Positions 9,313 through 19,411 of a stretch of 31,806 nucleotides of DNA are shown here, one piece after another; position 1 is the first letter of the stretch, and every line of letters begins with the position of its first letter. Position numbers and translations under genes: made by a program. This DNA is from a virus (taxonomy: Duplodnaviria > Caudoviricetes), in IMG/VR virus record IMGVR_UViG_3300032225_001850, positions 1 through 31,806 of that record. One strand, 5' to 3'. The notes under the pieces are model-generated. The model was not told the origin of the DNA. It saw nothing but the letters and a program-made list of their open reading frames with translations, and made no database searches.

Positions 9313-10515
9313 TTAGTATGTGTTAGCGGCTCGTTTAACCAAGGCACTAGGACGCGGTGCTGAAGGTGAGTTAGAACCATTAGATGTAGTGATTTGATTT
9401 AACATCGCTACGCCTGCTGGGTTACGCACCACAAGGCAACCTTCCATAATGAATTGATCTAAACTAGCGTCAGCATTACTGAACACTTCCTGGTTAGGAC
9501 CTAAATCACGCAGGCTTCCCCACTGAAGGACCTCCTCATTTAAGAAGTAGATACTGTTGCTTACACCACTTTGATCCATGATCCAACTATCAAAAATTTC
9601 ATATGTGTAGTTGAAATCGCCTTCATAAGTCTGAATGGTATCGCCACGCTCGACATTACGACGGTTGATGTTGGTATTACTTGTGCCAATCAAGTCACTG
9701 ATGTTTGTGCGGAGACTTGTTGGAGCAACCATTGTGCGAACTTTTGCGTTGTAACGCTGTTCAGCTGTAGTTACCAATTGCTTGTAGGTAATTGGACTGA
9801 ACGCTTGGTTCGTAAATGTGCCTGTGTAGAACTGTGTTCCATTGGCATTGATATACAAGTTACCAGCACTTTCTGTTGCCACATCGCTTGATGTGCTGTT
9901 GGTCCAGGTGCTGATGTTAGCAACATTACCACTTGTTGTGTTGAAACTTTGTGTGCCAGCATAACTGCTCAATGAACCCATACGACGACCAGATTTACTT
10001 GGTGTTGTATTTGCCCAATATGTGCCACTGGCACCTTGAGGAGTTGTGTCGCCTGTTCCAGCTTGGCCAGCATACTGTGTGCCAACTTGGTCGTTACGAA
10101 CCAATTGCTGTTCCACATCAAACATCATTTCAATCAGCTGTTTTACCTCCTGATAACTTTGCGGGTCCCCTCCAGACTGCATAACAGCACGAGCTGTGCC
10201 AGTAGCGGCGATCGTGGTTGTGAAAATCTGTGTGTAGTTAGCCAAGTTGTAACGCTGATTGTTTTCTGCATTGTCACTGTTGACAGCGGCACCTTCTTGC
10301 CAGGCTTGGATAGCAGGCAAACGATAGATGTCGTTGGTCCACAAAGGAGCTGTAGAATTAACTTTACGCTTCTTTGTCATACACATGTTCAAAACAGGTG
10401 TGTCATCTTTAACACGATTGGATACATCTAAGTCTAAGTCTTTGACAACGATATCTGTGGAATAACCATTCGTATTCAGACCGTTACCAATTGACGATGT
10501 TGATATTGTGCTCAT
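9313..10515 (-). CDS. Major capsid protein (DUF5309/SU10-like, HK97 fold)
   Basis: 400 aa with DTP.L.M, W..D, EG, NYTQIF, RRMG.L and YEGDF motifs. Follows the scaffold and ends at a strong terminator. Confidence 0.9.
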   Translation of the reverse strand: MSTISTSSIGNGLNTNGYSTDIVVKDLDLDVSNRVKDDTPVLNMCMTKKRKVNSTAPLWTNDIYRLPAIQAWQEGAAVNSDNAENNQRYNLANYTQIFTTTIAATGTARAVMQSGGDPQSYQEVKQLIEMMFDVEQQLVRNDQVGTQYAGQAGTGDTTPQGASGTYWANTTPSKSGRRMGSLSSYAGTQSFNTTSGNVANISTWTNSTSSDVATESAGNLYINANGTQFYTGTFTNQAFSPITYKQLVTTAEQRYNAKVRTMVAPTSLRTNISDLIGTSNTNINRRNVERGDTIQTYEGDFNYTYEIFDSWIMDQSGVSNSIYFLNEEVLQWGSLRDLGPNQEVFSNADASLDQFIMEGCLVVRNPAGVAMLNQITTSNGSNSPSAPRPSALVKRAANTY

Positions 10516-10541
10516 TATATTTTCCTTAAATTAAGCTATTT

Positions 10542-11732
10542 TCAACGACCTGTTCTGGTCGCCCTAAGTTTACTTAGTTGGGCCATTAACAGATTGTCTG
10601 CGGCTTTTTTGTCGCCGCCCTTGGCTTGTTCACGAAGTCGACTAATATTGTCTTCTTGGCCGCGGGTATTAGCACTGGATGGATTGCCGCTACGCTTGGT
10701 CAGGGCGGCAATACTGTTGCCAGCCTGTTTGGTAGTGGGTCTATCTCTATATTTGAGGCCGTCTCTGATCAAACCAAACAAGGTTTCATCTGCAGAGATT
10801 AGGTCAATATTCTTAATACCAGGAACTAGTTCGTCCGAACTTTGTTTCCAAGTTTTACCAAGCTTCTCACGCAATTCATTGAACACATATTCGTTTTTCA
10901 ACTCTTTATCTGTGAATGACTTGCGGTTCTTTTCTAAAACTTGTTGCACTTGTTGGCTACGCACCCGTTTGAATTCATCAATGTTGGGTTTGAGTGTATT
11001 AATCGTTTCACTTTGTTGTTGTATGTAACGCTCATTCTGTTGCATACTGGCTTGGATACGGGCCTTTTGGGCTGGATCCGTAGTTTGTGCCAATTGTTGT
11101 TGAAAAGTTGATTGATACCCTTGAGTCTTGATAATCTCATCGTAGGCTCGTTGTAGCTGTGGTTGGACTGTAAATTCCATTGCCAGTGTAAGACCTTCTT
11201 GTTGTGCTCGTTGTTCTTTGAGATATTCATCAAACTCGGCACGCTCGATCTTTAACTGTCTTGCTTCTTCGTGTATCGCACCACCTTGTCCTAGGATACT
11301 GGCCGCTCTCTTGGCATCAATGATCATTTCTTTACCGTTGCGAACAAACTTAAACTTGGCGTTAGGGTTTGTGTCTGCAAATTCAATAAAATCAATTAAG
11401 TCATCTTGCGTAGATTCCGTATCTGGTGATTCGCTTACCGGTTCTTCTGCAGATTCAGCAGATTCTTCCTGGGGCTCCTCGGATTCGTAGAGGTCAATAT
11501 TCGCGTCGTTAGGCGATGTGATTTTTGGTTCGCTGGGATCCACAGGGGATTCAACATTTGCCTCAGTTGATTCACCTGTTGTAGCGGATTCAGAGGCACG
11601 CATTAGGTTACGCTGTGTGGTTTCCCGCATAGCGGCCATCTTGGCAAAGATACCTTGGTCTGATTCTGGTGCTACCGTTGTATCATTGGCCGTGCTCTCG
11701 GGAGCATTAGGCTTGATAAGTTGTTCTGACAT
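10542..11732 (-). CDS. Capsid scaffolding protein
   Basis: Acidic disordered N-terminus, Q/E-rich coiled coil and basic C-terminus, immediately upstream of the capsid gene. Confidence 0.8.
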   Translation of the reverse strand: MSEQLIKPNAPESTANDTTVAPESDQGIFAKMAAMRETTQRNLMRASESATTGESTEANVESPVDPSEPKITSPNDANIDLYESEEPQEESAESAEEPVSESPDTESTQDDLIDFIEFADTNPNAKFKFVRNGKEMIIDAKRAASILGQGGAIHEEARQLKIERAEFDEYLKEQRAQQEGLTLAMEFTVQPQLQRAYDEIIKTQGYQSTFQQQLAQTTDPAQKARIQASMQQNERYIQQQSETINTLKPNIDEFKRVRSQQVQQVLEKNRKSFTDKELKNEYVFNELREKLGKTWKQSSDELVPGIKNIDLISADETLFGLIRDGLKYRDRPTTKQAGNSIAALTKRSGNPSSANTRGQEDNISRLREQAKGGDKKAADNLLMAQLSKLRATRTGR

Positions 11733-12090
11733 TTAAGTCTTCCTTTTGTGTTGAGACGGGCCCAGCTTGCTGGGTTACCACCTTGTTTTTCATATGCACT
11801 GCCCTATGCAATGACTGAATGAAACCTTCTATGCCGGCCAATTGATTGCTCAATGCGATACGGTGGTTGTTGTCCTGTTCCGTATGGCCGGTTATGCCTG
11901 TTAATGCATCTGCTAGTTCAAATTTGAACTGGTGCACAAACAAGGCCAAATCTCTATTTTTCAATAATGCTTCTGCATTACTGCCTTGTGCTTTGACCGA
12001 GTCCAATTGACTGGGTCTCATGGTCTTTATACTATTCAAAGTCACAGTCAAACGACTGTTGAATGCGTCTATGGCTTCGTTGCTAATCAT
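11707..12090 (-). CDS. Hypothetical helical protein between portal and scaffold
   Basis: 127 aa, TAATG overlap with the portal stop. Confidence 0.8.
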   Translation of the reverse strand: MISNEAIDAFNSRLTVTLNSIKTMRPSQLDSVKAQGSNAEALLKNRDLALFVHQFKFELADALTGITGHTEQDNNHRIALSNQLAGIEGFIQSLHRAVHMKNKVVTQQAGPVSTQKEDLNVRTTYQA

Positions 12091-14363
12091 TAGTTGTAAA
12101 CTTTCGGATCACCTTGTGCCTGGCTCATATAGTCCAGTTGTTTTTCTGCACTTGTGCCATCAATGTTACTTAATACTTCTTGAGTCTTGGCATCATTTAA
12201 CTTGGCACTACTGATATCTTTTTGTTCTGTTGGGCTTGGTTGACGGCTCTTGGCGGCTTCCTGTGCCTGTTGGATCATCTGTAGCACTTCTTCGTCTGTA
12301 GGCAAGTAACTGTTGCAATCTTTGATACCTAGTGTGTATAGAATCTCTGCATAGGGCTTTTTGACCTTGGTAAACATTTCTGGAGTCATTGTGCCAGCGG
12401 CAACCATGGTTTGTGTGGTTTGATACAGGCCAGTTTGTGCTTGAATAATAGCCTGTTGGCGTGCCACACGGTTTTCTTCGCTCAACATACCTAACGCCAA
12501 TTCAATATGGATCTGTTTACGCTCACAGAAGTTCATATCATCCCAAGCCTGGTAGTCCAGGAACACAGGTTTCTTTTCTGGATGAAACATCTGTGCCAAT
12601 TTACGCACACCATAGTCATCGCCATACTGTATCAAGGTTCTCCATACCAACCAAATGGCTTCTTTGAGTCCATCTGCTGAGTTACGCACACAGTTATCCT
12701 GTATGATTTGATTTGGGCCCAAGGCCATTGCTAATTTTTCGCCTGAATTGCCTGCACTCATTACTTCTGGATTGAATACATCGCCTGGCTGTGTCATACC
12801 AATAAGTGCCTGTGTGTCCTGTTGCATACGAGTCATTGCGTTGTCAATAAAAGCCAAATTACCACTGGGTCCTGGCATTGAATACACATCAGTTGCCGGA
12901 TCAAACTTGGCATCCAAAACAAATATGGCACATTCACCATCTTGCAACATTTCAAAATCGACCTTGTCAGGTTTGACACCCAAGCGAGGTGTAGCACTTT
13001 GAAGTCCCAACATGATTTCTGCACGACTTGCGGCTGTGCAATACTCTTGTATGGATATCACTGATTCGGCCACACTCATACCGTAGAAATTGCCTGGTAG
13101 GGGTTTTGGACACATATTGGCCACAGGAACAAATTCTACTTCTTTGGCACTGAGGATGTAACTACCTGAGAATACTATTTCGCACAGTTCCATTTCACCA
13201 TCACCATCAATGTCATACTTGTCCCAAACTGTTAGAATAGTAACTTGACGCGAATCAGGATCTGCACCTACACCCGAATTTATAGGCATACCTTGCACAG
13301 GCACACTGTCTCTGGCATGGATGGCCAGGTTGTTGAGCACTGAGCCTGCTTGGTAAGCACCGTTTTGATTGTATTCAGCAAATTCACGGAACTCCTCCAA
13401 ATGATCATTGAGATCTGGATACAAGTGAACAGCTTCTTGGATACTCATGGGATCATAGAATCCGCAAAACACTTGGTCTTTCATTTCTTGCACAGTGGGA
13501 TCACAGATCCAATAGTGTTGTGCAATGTTACGGAATTTGATTTTCAAACTGTAGCCAGTCAGTTTATATTTGGCACTATAAATTGTGTTACGATTGATAC
13601 TGGCTGTGATTTCATCTTCAGCTGATTCCAATTCCATATTGCCAGGCTCTTCATCTTCGGCGTCAGGATTGTTTAATTTGGCTTCAGCATTGCTAAGGCG
13701 TGTGCGTAGGTTTTCTTCGTGTTGTGCTCCTGGCAAGCCCTGTGCAAATTCAACAGTTTCTCGGGCCACTTGTTCCAGGTCCACACGCACACGACGACGG
13801 CTTTGGCGTAAGGGTGTAAGTCCACCATCTATGGCCTGTTGTTCAAAGGCCTTGAGTTGGTCCGCTGTGCCTTGTGTTTCTACATAACGCACAATCTGTT
13901 CACGCTGTGGTAACACCATAAGCATACCGTTCTTGTGCATAGCGGCATCCATGATCCAACGCTGTAGAATAAAATGCGGATCGTTTTCTTCGTTTATAAT
14001 CCTACTAACCATTTCAGTGGACTGACGAGCGGCCACATCATCTGCGTCAGTGTCTTCCACAAATTCAAAATTAATTTCACCATTAGGAGCAAGTCCTTTA
14101 TTGATAACTGCGGTCACATAGTCTACCGCAGGTTTGACCACAGGGTGTATGTAATCAATGCCATTTACCGGAGCTGTAGAGTCTACCACTGGCAACATCA
14201 AATAATGATAATCGCTGGCTCTGTTTACAGCATTTTTGGTTCCTAGATAACGCAGGAAGCTGGCACATTTGGTATCCAACTGACCTTTCAGTTTAACAAA
14301 CCTTGCCATTTGAGCATTGGTTGTGTTTAGTTGGCTAATGACCCGATTGCGAATATTCAACAT
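12090..14363 (-). CDS. Portal protein (P22/SU10-like)
   Basis: 757 aa after TerL, with YDIDGDGEMEL, P.P..FYGMSVAE and a Q-rich C-terminal helix. Confidence 0.9.
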   Translation of the reverse strand: MLNIRNRVISQLNTTNAQMARFVKLKGQLDTKCASFLRYLGTKNAVNRASDYHYLMLPVVDSTAPVNGIDYIHPVVKPAVDYVTAVINKGLAPNGEINFEFVEDTDADDVAARQSTEMVSRIINEENDPHFILQRWIMDAAMHKNGMLMVLPQREQIVRYVETQGTADQLKAFEQQAIDGGLTPLRQSRRRVRVDLEQVARETVEFAQGLPGAQHEENLRTRLSNAEAKLNNPDAEDEEPGNMELESAEDEITASINRNTIYSAKYKLTGYSLKIKFRNIAQHYWICDPTVQEMKDQVFCGFYDPMSIQEAVHLYPDLNDHLEEFREFAEYNQNGAYQAGSVLNNLAIHARDSVPVQGMPINSGVGADPDSRQVTILTVWDKYDIDGDGEMELCEIVFSGSYILSAKEVEFVPVANMCPKPLPGNFYGMSVAESVISIQEYCTAASRAEIMLGLQSATPRLGVKPDKVDFEMLQDGECAIFVLDAKFDPATDVYSMPGPSGNLAFIDNAMTRMQQDTQALIGMTQPGDVFNPEVMSAGNSGEKLAMALGPNQIIQDNCVRNSADGLKEAIWLVWRTLIQYGDDYGVRKLAQMFHPEKKPVFLDYQAWDDMNFCERKQIHIELALGMLSEENRVARQQAIIQAQTGLYQTTQTMVAAGTMTPEMFTKVKKPYAEILYTLGIKDCNSYLPTDEEVLQMIQQAQEAAKSRQPSPTEQKDISSAKLNDAKTQEVLSNIDGTSAEKQLDYMSQAQGDPKVYN

Positions 14364-14387
14364 GTATAAGAGACCTTTATGATAGTG

Positions 14388-14393
14388 TATTTA
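14388..14393 (-). promoter_or_regulatory. TAAATA late-type promoter for the portal-capsid operon
   Basis: tacTAAATAcac in the 44-nt TerL-portal gap, followed by an AAAGG ribosome-binding site. Confidence 0.7.
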
Positions 14394-14407
14394 GTAAGGC
14401 CGGATGA

Positions 14408-16015
14408 TCAGCTGGGATTGTAAGTCTTTTTCCACTCGCTTGATTTGGGTTCAGGACGCACAATGCGATCACGATAACTGGCTAGTCGTTGTTGTGGTGT
14501 GCGGTTGTCCCATGGTTCTGCAATGTCATTTAGGCAACCCAACAAGGCGTAGCGGGCCGAGTCTATGGTATCATCAGGATCACTGAAACGACCCTGTGGA
14601 TCCACATAGTAATTTTGTGCTTCGCGTAGGAAGTCCACACAGTTTTCGTTTATGTGTAGGGTGCCGGCTTCCAGCATTTGCCGCATGACATTGATGCCAT
14701 AGGCCTTGTGATTGGTAGTCCTGCCTTGATCATCTGGTGGATTCATTATGGGCTTGGGCCACACATTCAATTCATACTGTTCGAATAATTCTCTTATGCT
14801 GAGAGCACTCATGGTATAGCGGCCCGCTGTGCCACCATCAGGCGGTAGCACAATGGGTGTGCCAAACACTTCAGGACGCATGAGATGACTGATGTAATTG
14901 GTAGGATTGGCTTCTTCTATACCCGACACACAGATCTGACGGTGTAACCAAGCTTCACGCTCTTGCGGATTCCAATACATCAAGCTAATCACAGTTCTGT
15001 CATTTACCAAGCCCAGGTCAAGTGCTATGATCCTGTAGATGTTGTTCATGCTACGGAAGTCGTAATCGCCAGTCCTGTAGGTAGGCCAAGAGCGTATTTG
15101 AAACACAGCTCCTTGACCCATGACGGGCTTGCCAGCGATGCGGGCCTCTCTTTCGTGCGGCAAGTAATCGCGTTCTAGTTGAGCTCTTGTGCTTTTGAGT
15201 AGAAACGGTTCGCCCCAAGGATCGTATTCTGGAACATCGTCCCAAGCGACTCTTATGAAATCGTAACCCTCTTCTCTGTTCCAGAATTTTGATACTAATC
15301 CGTTGAGTCCTTTGAGTGGTGTAAAACTACAAAGGATCTGTCCTTGTGTAGTAGCAGTCCGCGTAACAATTTCACTGAAAAAGTCATCTGGTGGTTGTTC
15401 GTCAAAAACGGCCAGGTTGAGTTTGAATCCTTGCATTTGCCTAACCTCTTGAGTATAGTTAGCAAAAATAAGGTAGCTCTTACCGCCAGACTTGTGACGG
15501 ATCTCAACGCCCATACAATTAGAGCCATCGTTACGCATAGTGTCCAGAATAATGCAATCACGGGGGATAGCACCAGTTCCAATAGCATCGCGGATCTTGA
15601 CATCTTGTGTTCCTAACAGTTCATTCTGTAGCACCATTGCGACCTGGCTCCAACCTTCGCCAGCCACCATGGCTGTAATGGGCTTATCAAACCTATGACC
15701 ACGCCACCAATCAGGATACTGACCAGTAAGATGGCAAGCTGTTTCATAACAGGTTGATACCGTTTTGCCAATACGATTCGCCGCAAGTATTCCTCTGCGA
15801 TCAGAATGAGCCGTTTCAAAAAATCTCCTTTGGTGTTCAAATGGTCTGAAGTATTTAAGTTGATTATACTGCATGTCATCACTAATGGCAATGGCCATGT
15901 CCTGGAACTTGAGTCTGGTATCAGAATCAACGCAGGCAAGATCCGCTGGAGTAAGACCGTGTTGGTCCAGGCTCCAACGCACCGCACGACGCATAAGCAC
16001 GCCTGAATCCAGCAT
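14408..16015 (-). CDS. terL: Terminase large subunit
   Basis: Walker A AANRIGKT, Walker B LAVFDEQP, coupling motif SFTPLKG, nuclease motifs ALDLG and DDTIDSARY. Confidence 0.95.
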   Translation of the reverse strand: MLDSGVLMRRAVRWSLDQHGLTPADLACVDSDTRLKFQDMAIAISDDMQYNQLKYFRPFEHQRRFFETAHSDRRGILAANRIGKTVSTCYETACHLTGQYPDWWRGHRFDKPITAMVAGEGWSQVAMVLQNELLGTQDVKIRDAIGTGAIPRDCIILDTMRNDGSNCMGVEIRHKSGGKSYLIFANYTQEVRQMQGFKLNLAVFDEQPPDDFFSEIVTRTATTQGQILCSFTPLKGLNGLVSKFWNREEGYDFIRVAWDDVPEYDPWGEPFLLKSTRAQLERDYLPHEREARIAGKPVMGQGAVFQIRSWPTYRTGDYDFRSMNNIYRIIALDLGLVNDRTVISLMYWNPQEREAWLHRQICVSGIEEANPTNYISHLMRPEVFGTPIVLPPDGGTAGRYTMSALSIRELFEQYELNVWPKPIMNPPDDQGRTTNHKAYGINVMRQMLEAGTLHINENCVDFLREAQNYYVDPQGRFSDPDDTIDSARYALLGCLNDIAEPWDNRTPQQRLASYRDRIVRPEPKSSEWKKTYNPS

Positions 16016-16296
16016 TAGTCCTGCCTTAGGTCACAATGTATATCATAAATGGCATTGAGAGCACGGGCCAGATAGCATATTTCACCGGCTGACAATTCCA
16101 CAGCCGAATCCTTGCGTAGACCATGTTGCAGGCGTTCTGCAATGAGTCGCATTATGTGCTCGCACTGCCCAGGGAACTTTTCTTGAAAGGCCTCGCGATA
16201 CACTGCGTTGACCTTTTGCATTATTTTAGTTTCATCAGCACGACGAGCTTCAATGGCTTGATTGATTACACCATCACGGGCCGCAGGATTATTCAC
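16015..16296 (-). CDS. Hypothetical protein (93 aa) coupled to terL
   Basis: TAATG overlap with terL, and overlaps the upstream gene end. Confidence 0.75.
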   Translation of the reverse strand: MNNPAARDGVINQAIEARRADETKIMQKVNAVYREAFQEKFPGQCEHIMRLIAERLQHGLRKDSAVELSAGEICYLARALNAIYDIHCDLRQD

Positions 16297-17071
16297 TGGC
16301 TGTGTCCCATGGATTGTTCAGGCCTGCACCTTCACTGACAGCATAGTCACGATCAATCCAAACAGCCCATTGATCACTCTTGTTCACAGGCATTTTCTGC
16401 ATGATGCTTTTGAGATTACGACCAATTGGAGTCAAGGTGCCGTCCTTGCGAACTACCACTTGCTCGCCTGTGCGGGGGTCAACCCATTTGAGGATTTCAG
16501 GACGCATACGACCAAACTTGTCAATCTTTTCACCGTGCGGACGGATGTCTACTGGACCTGTGATCTCATAGCTGATCATACCTTTTTGATACTTGCGGAA
16601 CACACAGTCTACCTTGCGGCCTGTGTTGAGATACTCTGGATCACTGTGCGGAATAGTTCTGCACACAAAGGCATTTTGCAATTGATCTGCCGCAGGCAAG
16701 CTGGGATCACGGGCTGGCACAGGGCGTAGTTCTTCTTGCGGAACCATTTCAGTGCGATCCACATAAGGATTGTCACCGCCCAGGAATTCTGGACCGACGG
16801 TGCGGCCATTAAGAGCATCCATTGCGATCTGATACTTTAACTTGTTGGCACGGCCTTTGAGATTCAACACAATGCCCTTTTGGTCATACACAAAGCGTTC
16901 TAGTTCTTTGGCAGTAGGGAAGTCGGTCATGAGACCTTCCAGATCAAATTCTACTTGATACTGTTCTACTGCGGGTTGGACCAATGGTGGTGTCACCACA
17001 GGTTCCTGTGCTGAAAAGGCAGGTTCATCTGCCCATGGGTTTGATTCGGGGGTTGAGGTTTTCTTAACCAT
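16289..17071 (-). CDS. Hypothetical protein (260 aa)
   Basis: Long ORF with an AAGGA ribosome-binding site and TAAATA at 17141-17146. Confidence 0.85.
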   Translation of the reverse strand: MVKKTSTPESNPWADEPAFSAQEPVVTPPLVQPAVEQYQVEFDLEGLMTDFPTAKELERFVYDQKGIVLNLKGRANKLKYQIAMDALNGRTVGPEFLGGDNPYVDRTEMVPQEELRPVPARDPSLPAADQLQNAFVCRTIPHSDPEYLNTGRKVDCVFRKYQKGMISYEITGPVDIRPHGEKIDKFGRMRPEILKWVDPRTGEQVVVRKDGTLTPIGRNLKSIMQKMPVNKSDQWAVWIDRDYAVSEGAGLNNPWDTASE

Positions 17072-17140
17072 TTGAGTTTTTCCTTTGCTTGTCTACTCTA
17101 TACTTCAAACTCCTAACAGGAGTAACTGCTTGTATACTGC

Positions 17141-17146
17141 TATTTA
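17141..17146 (-). promoter_or_regulatory. TAAATA late-type promoter
   Basis: cacTAAATAgca. The leader contains an ACTCCT-GTT-AGGAGT hairpin. Confidence 0.65.
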
Positions 17147-17485
17147 GTGACGCTGACCGGCCATCAGGCTATTGGTCAAGGCCTGCATGTTGACCGGTGT
17201 CGATGCACCTGTTGTATTACGATAAGGCATGGGCTGGCTTTGCATTGTCATTATGCCACGAGCCTGTGCCTGTGCTGGCAAGGGCATGAAAAAACTCTGA
17301 TAAGGAGTCATGGCACCACCATGCGACATGGGATGGATCTGTTGACTGCTCATCTGAGGATTAACAAAATCCATACGAGCCTGTTGAGCTGGTGTCACGG
17401 GTGCGGCCTGTTGGCCTGGTCTGGGCATTTGAAATCCCTGTGGCACAGGGGGCTGTGCGGGCAGGTTGCCAAAGGCCATACTCAT
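17144..17485 (-). CDS. Low-complexity Q/P/M-rich protein
   Basis: 113 aa, tiles within the operon. Confidence 0.7.
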   Translation of the reverse strand: MSMAFGNLPAQPPVPQGFQMPRPGQQAAPVTPAQQARMDFVNPQMSSQQIHPMSHGGAMTPYQSFFMPLPAQAQARGIMTMQSQPMPYRNTTGASTPVNMQALTNSLMAGQRH

Positions 17486-17486
17486 A

Positions 17487-17789
17487 TCAGCGTGTTATCT
17501 TGCCTGGAGCTTTGGTTCGCACATTATACTTTGTGCCACCGGCTGTGGGATTGCGTTTAGGACCTGTGTCAGCGTGTAGGCCTTCAACATCCATTTCGAT
17601 ATGTGGCTTCATACCATCACCACGAGCTGTGAGTGCGTTCATGACCATGTCGGCCAATTCTGTTCTCCATGGACCTGACTTTTCTTTAATGAAGTCAGCC
17701 CGCTTGGTGCCGTCCGAAAAGCCATTGCCCACACGAGGACCTTGCTTTTGGTTGATGCTCTTGCTTTGTGGATTCTTTGTAGTTGCCAT
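17487..17789 (-). CDS. Small basic protein
   Basis: 100 aa, TAATG overlap with the upstream ORF. Confidence 0.75.
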   Translation of the reverse strand: MATTKNPQSKSINQKQGPRVGNGFSDGTKRADFIKEKSGPWRTELADMVMNALTARGDGMKPHIEMDVEGLHADTGPKRNPTAGGTKYNVRTKAPGKITR

Positions 17790-18190
17790 TATTGACTATT
17801 CCCTTTGGTTGGACCACGGCCGGCATTGATCATATCAAAGTTGCCCTTGTAGTTTTCTGTTGCACTAGGAGCAAAGCTACGAGTGCCGCCTGGTGTGCGT
17901 TCTTGCTTGCCAAAGTTGATTGAATCACTTGGGCCCATATGCTTCTTGAAGTCAGGCACTGCACTATACACAGGACCTTTCTTACCAGAGATGGTGCCAT
18001 TGTTGCCAACTGTTGGACCGCGTCCATAGTTGCCACCGGCCTTGCCACCGTGTTGGTTGCCTGAGTATTTGGTATTGGTAGTCTTGATACGGCTGTCATT
18101 GTCCATACCTGATGACTGTAATTTACGATCACCCATTTGATCAATGTTGGTAGCACTGCGGGTAACAGTTTTCATATTTTCTGGTTTCAT
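17789..18190 (-). CDS. G/K/N-rich disordered protein
   Basis: 133 aa, AAGGA ribosome-binding site, duplicated GRGPT.GN motif. Confidence 0.75.
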   Translation of the reverse strand: MKPENMKTVTRSATNIDQMGDRKLQSSGMDNDSRIKTTNTKYSGNQHGGKAGGNYGRGPTVGNNGTISGKKGPVYSAVPDFKKHMGPSDSINFGKQERTPGGTRSFAPSATENYKGNFDMINAGRGPTKGNSQ

Positions 18191-18192
18191 TC

Positions 18193-18474
18193 TTATTTTC
18201 CTTTTAGTGCTGGTGCACGGGCGGCGGTTACTACTGGATGATAAGCGGTTTGCTTACCTGTGCTTACTGTATTGCTTTCATAGGCTGAACCCATTTCGGC
18301 AATGTGACTACTGTGACTGGCTGGATAACGCACACCGCCACCGTGTTGTTTCATTTCTTTAATGCGGGCATTGCCACGGTCCAACATCTCTTCCCAATTG
18401 GTATCATTCTTCATACGCTCGGGCTTGGGTGCAGACTTGGTCACTGGTTTGACCTGTGTCATCTTGAGTTTCAT
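18193..18474 (-). CDS. Small basic protein
   Basis: 93 aa, ATGA overlap with the upstream ORF. Confidence 0.7.
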   Translation of the reverse strand: MKLKMTQVKPVTKSAPKPERMKNDTNWEEMLDRGNARIKEMKQHGGGVRYPASHSSHIAEMGSAYESNTVSTGKQTAYHPVVTAARAPALKGK

Positions 18475-18617
18475 TTTTTCTTAGAACCTTTACGGGCCGC
18501 ACTACGCTTTTCACTGTAGGCAATGGCCACTGCCTGCTTGGGTGGCTTGCCTGCGGCTATTTCTTTGCTGACATTCTTTTGGAATGCTTTTTTGCTGGTT
18601 GATTTAATTAGGGGCAT
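18471..18617 (-). CDS. Small basic phage protein (48 aa, MPLIKSTSKKAF...GKPPKQAVAIAYS)
   Basis: Not in the ORF track. The KQAVAIA motif is common in small phage proteins near terminase genes; TAAATA lies 5 nt upstream. Confidence 0.8.
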   Translation of the reverse strand: MPLIKSTSKKAFQKNVSKEIAAGKPPKQAVAIAYSEKRSAARKGSKKK

Positions 18618-18621
18618 ATTA

Positions 18622-18981
18622 TTATTTAGCTTTGTCAGACAAACTGGCCAGTTTAGCTATGGCTTCTTGGAACACCGCGGCCTTGGCCTCAGCGTCGGAC
18701 TCGGTGGTCACAGTGGTCACTTCTGAGCGGTCCGCCACCAGCTTGCCCAGCAAGATCTTTTCATAATCTCTTACGCCGGCATGGTCCGCACGGTTGATGG
18801 CACTGGCATAACTGATGGCCACCTGTTCAGCAAAGGTTCGGCCTGTGTGGTGTTCAACCTGTTCAAGCAGATCTTCAAGAGTCAGCTTGGTGGTCGAACC
18901 CTTGGGACGGCCCGCACCGGGTCTGGCACCGCCTCGGGTGGGTGCTTTGACTCGATAACGATTGGATTCAGCTTGTTTCAT
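18622..18981 (-). CDS. Probable terminase small subunit
   Basis: N-terminal RGGARPGAGRPKGS motif typical of many TerS proteins, helical body, first gene of the packaging region. Confidence 0.65.
   Translation of the reverse strand: MKQAESNRYRVKAPTRGGARPGAGRPKGSTTKLTLEDLLEQVEHHTGRTFAEQVAISYASAINRADHAGVRDYEKILLGKLVADRSEVTTVTTESDAEAKAAVFQEAIAKLASLSDKAK
18623..18628 (-). promoter_or_regulatory. TAAATA late-type promoter (leaderless)
   Basis: agcTAAATAataatATG. Confidence 0.7.
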
Positions 18982-18987
18982 ATTAGA

Positions 18988-18993
18988 TATTTA
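18988..18993 (-). promoter_or_regulatory. TAAATA late-type promoter (leaderless)
   Basis: tcaTAAATAtctaatATG. Confidence 0.7.
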
Positions 18994-19040
18994 TGAAAAG
19001 GATTCCGTGAGCCGTGTGAACTGCTGTGTTTTTGACGCTT

Positions 19041-19139
19041 TTATCCCGGTGGTTGACGGATAGGAATAGGACTGGGGTTAGGCACAGTTTTTCTGTTGGG
19101 CATACGGACGGGCCCTGGACCGTTGGTAAATTGATTCAT
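19041..19139 (-). CDS. 32-aa proline-rich peptide
   Basis: MNQFTNGPGPVRMPNRKTVPNPSPIPIRQPPG, with a GGAG ribosome-binding site and TAAATA at 19162-19167. Confidence 0.55.
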   Translation of the reverse strand: MNQFTNGPGPVRMPNRKTVPNPSPIPIRQPPG

Positions 19140-19240
19140 TGTTTTCTCCAGATTGGATAACTATTTAACTATGCCACCTGTAAAAAAGAATTATCGCAAA
19201 TTTCGTAGCACCGTTTGGTGGTATCGCAAAGGCTCCTGGG

Positions 19241-19411
19241 CTATACTGGGTCAGCGTGACTACGCTTGGCCGCTTCAAGCTGACGAATTCGTTCGTGCCT
19301 GGCCTGCTCTTTTGCAAAGGCGTCTAGAATCATCAACTCCGCATCCATTGCACCCAGACGCTCATATAGGCCACGCATATGGATCTGAAGTTTGAGCTGT
19401 TCAAAGTTCAT
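19241..19411 (-). CDS. 56-aa helical hypothetical protein
   Basis: Not in the ORF track. MNFEQLKLQIHMRGLYERLG..., AAGGA ribosome-binding site, overlaps the end of the upstream early gene. Confidence 0.65.
   Translation of the reverse strand: MNFEQLKLQIHMRGLYERLGAMDAELMILDAFAKEQARHERIRQLEAAKRSHADPV

Noticed and set aside
356-18996. Many plus-strand ORFs overlapping the structural genes
   Set aside because: They are antisense shadows of long minus-strand genes, with no ribosome-binding sites or recognisable motifs. Only 9041-9268 is kept.
19153-19395. 80-aa plus-strand ORF
   Set aside because: It overlaps a better-supported 56-aa minus-strand ORF that has a ribosome-binding site and operon context.
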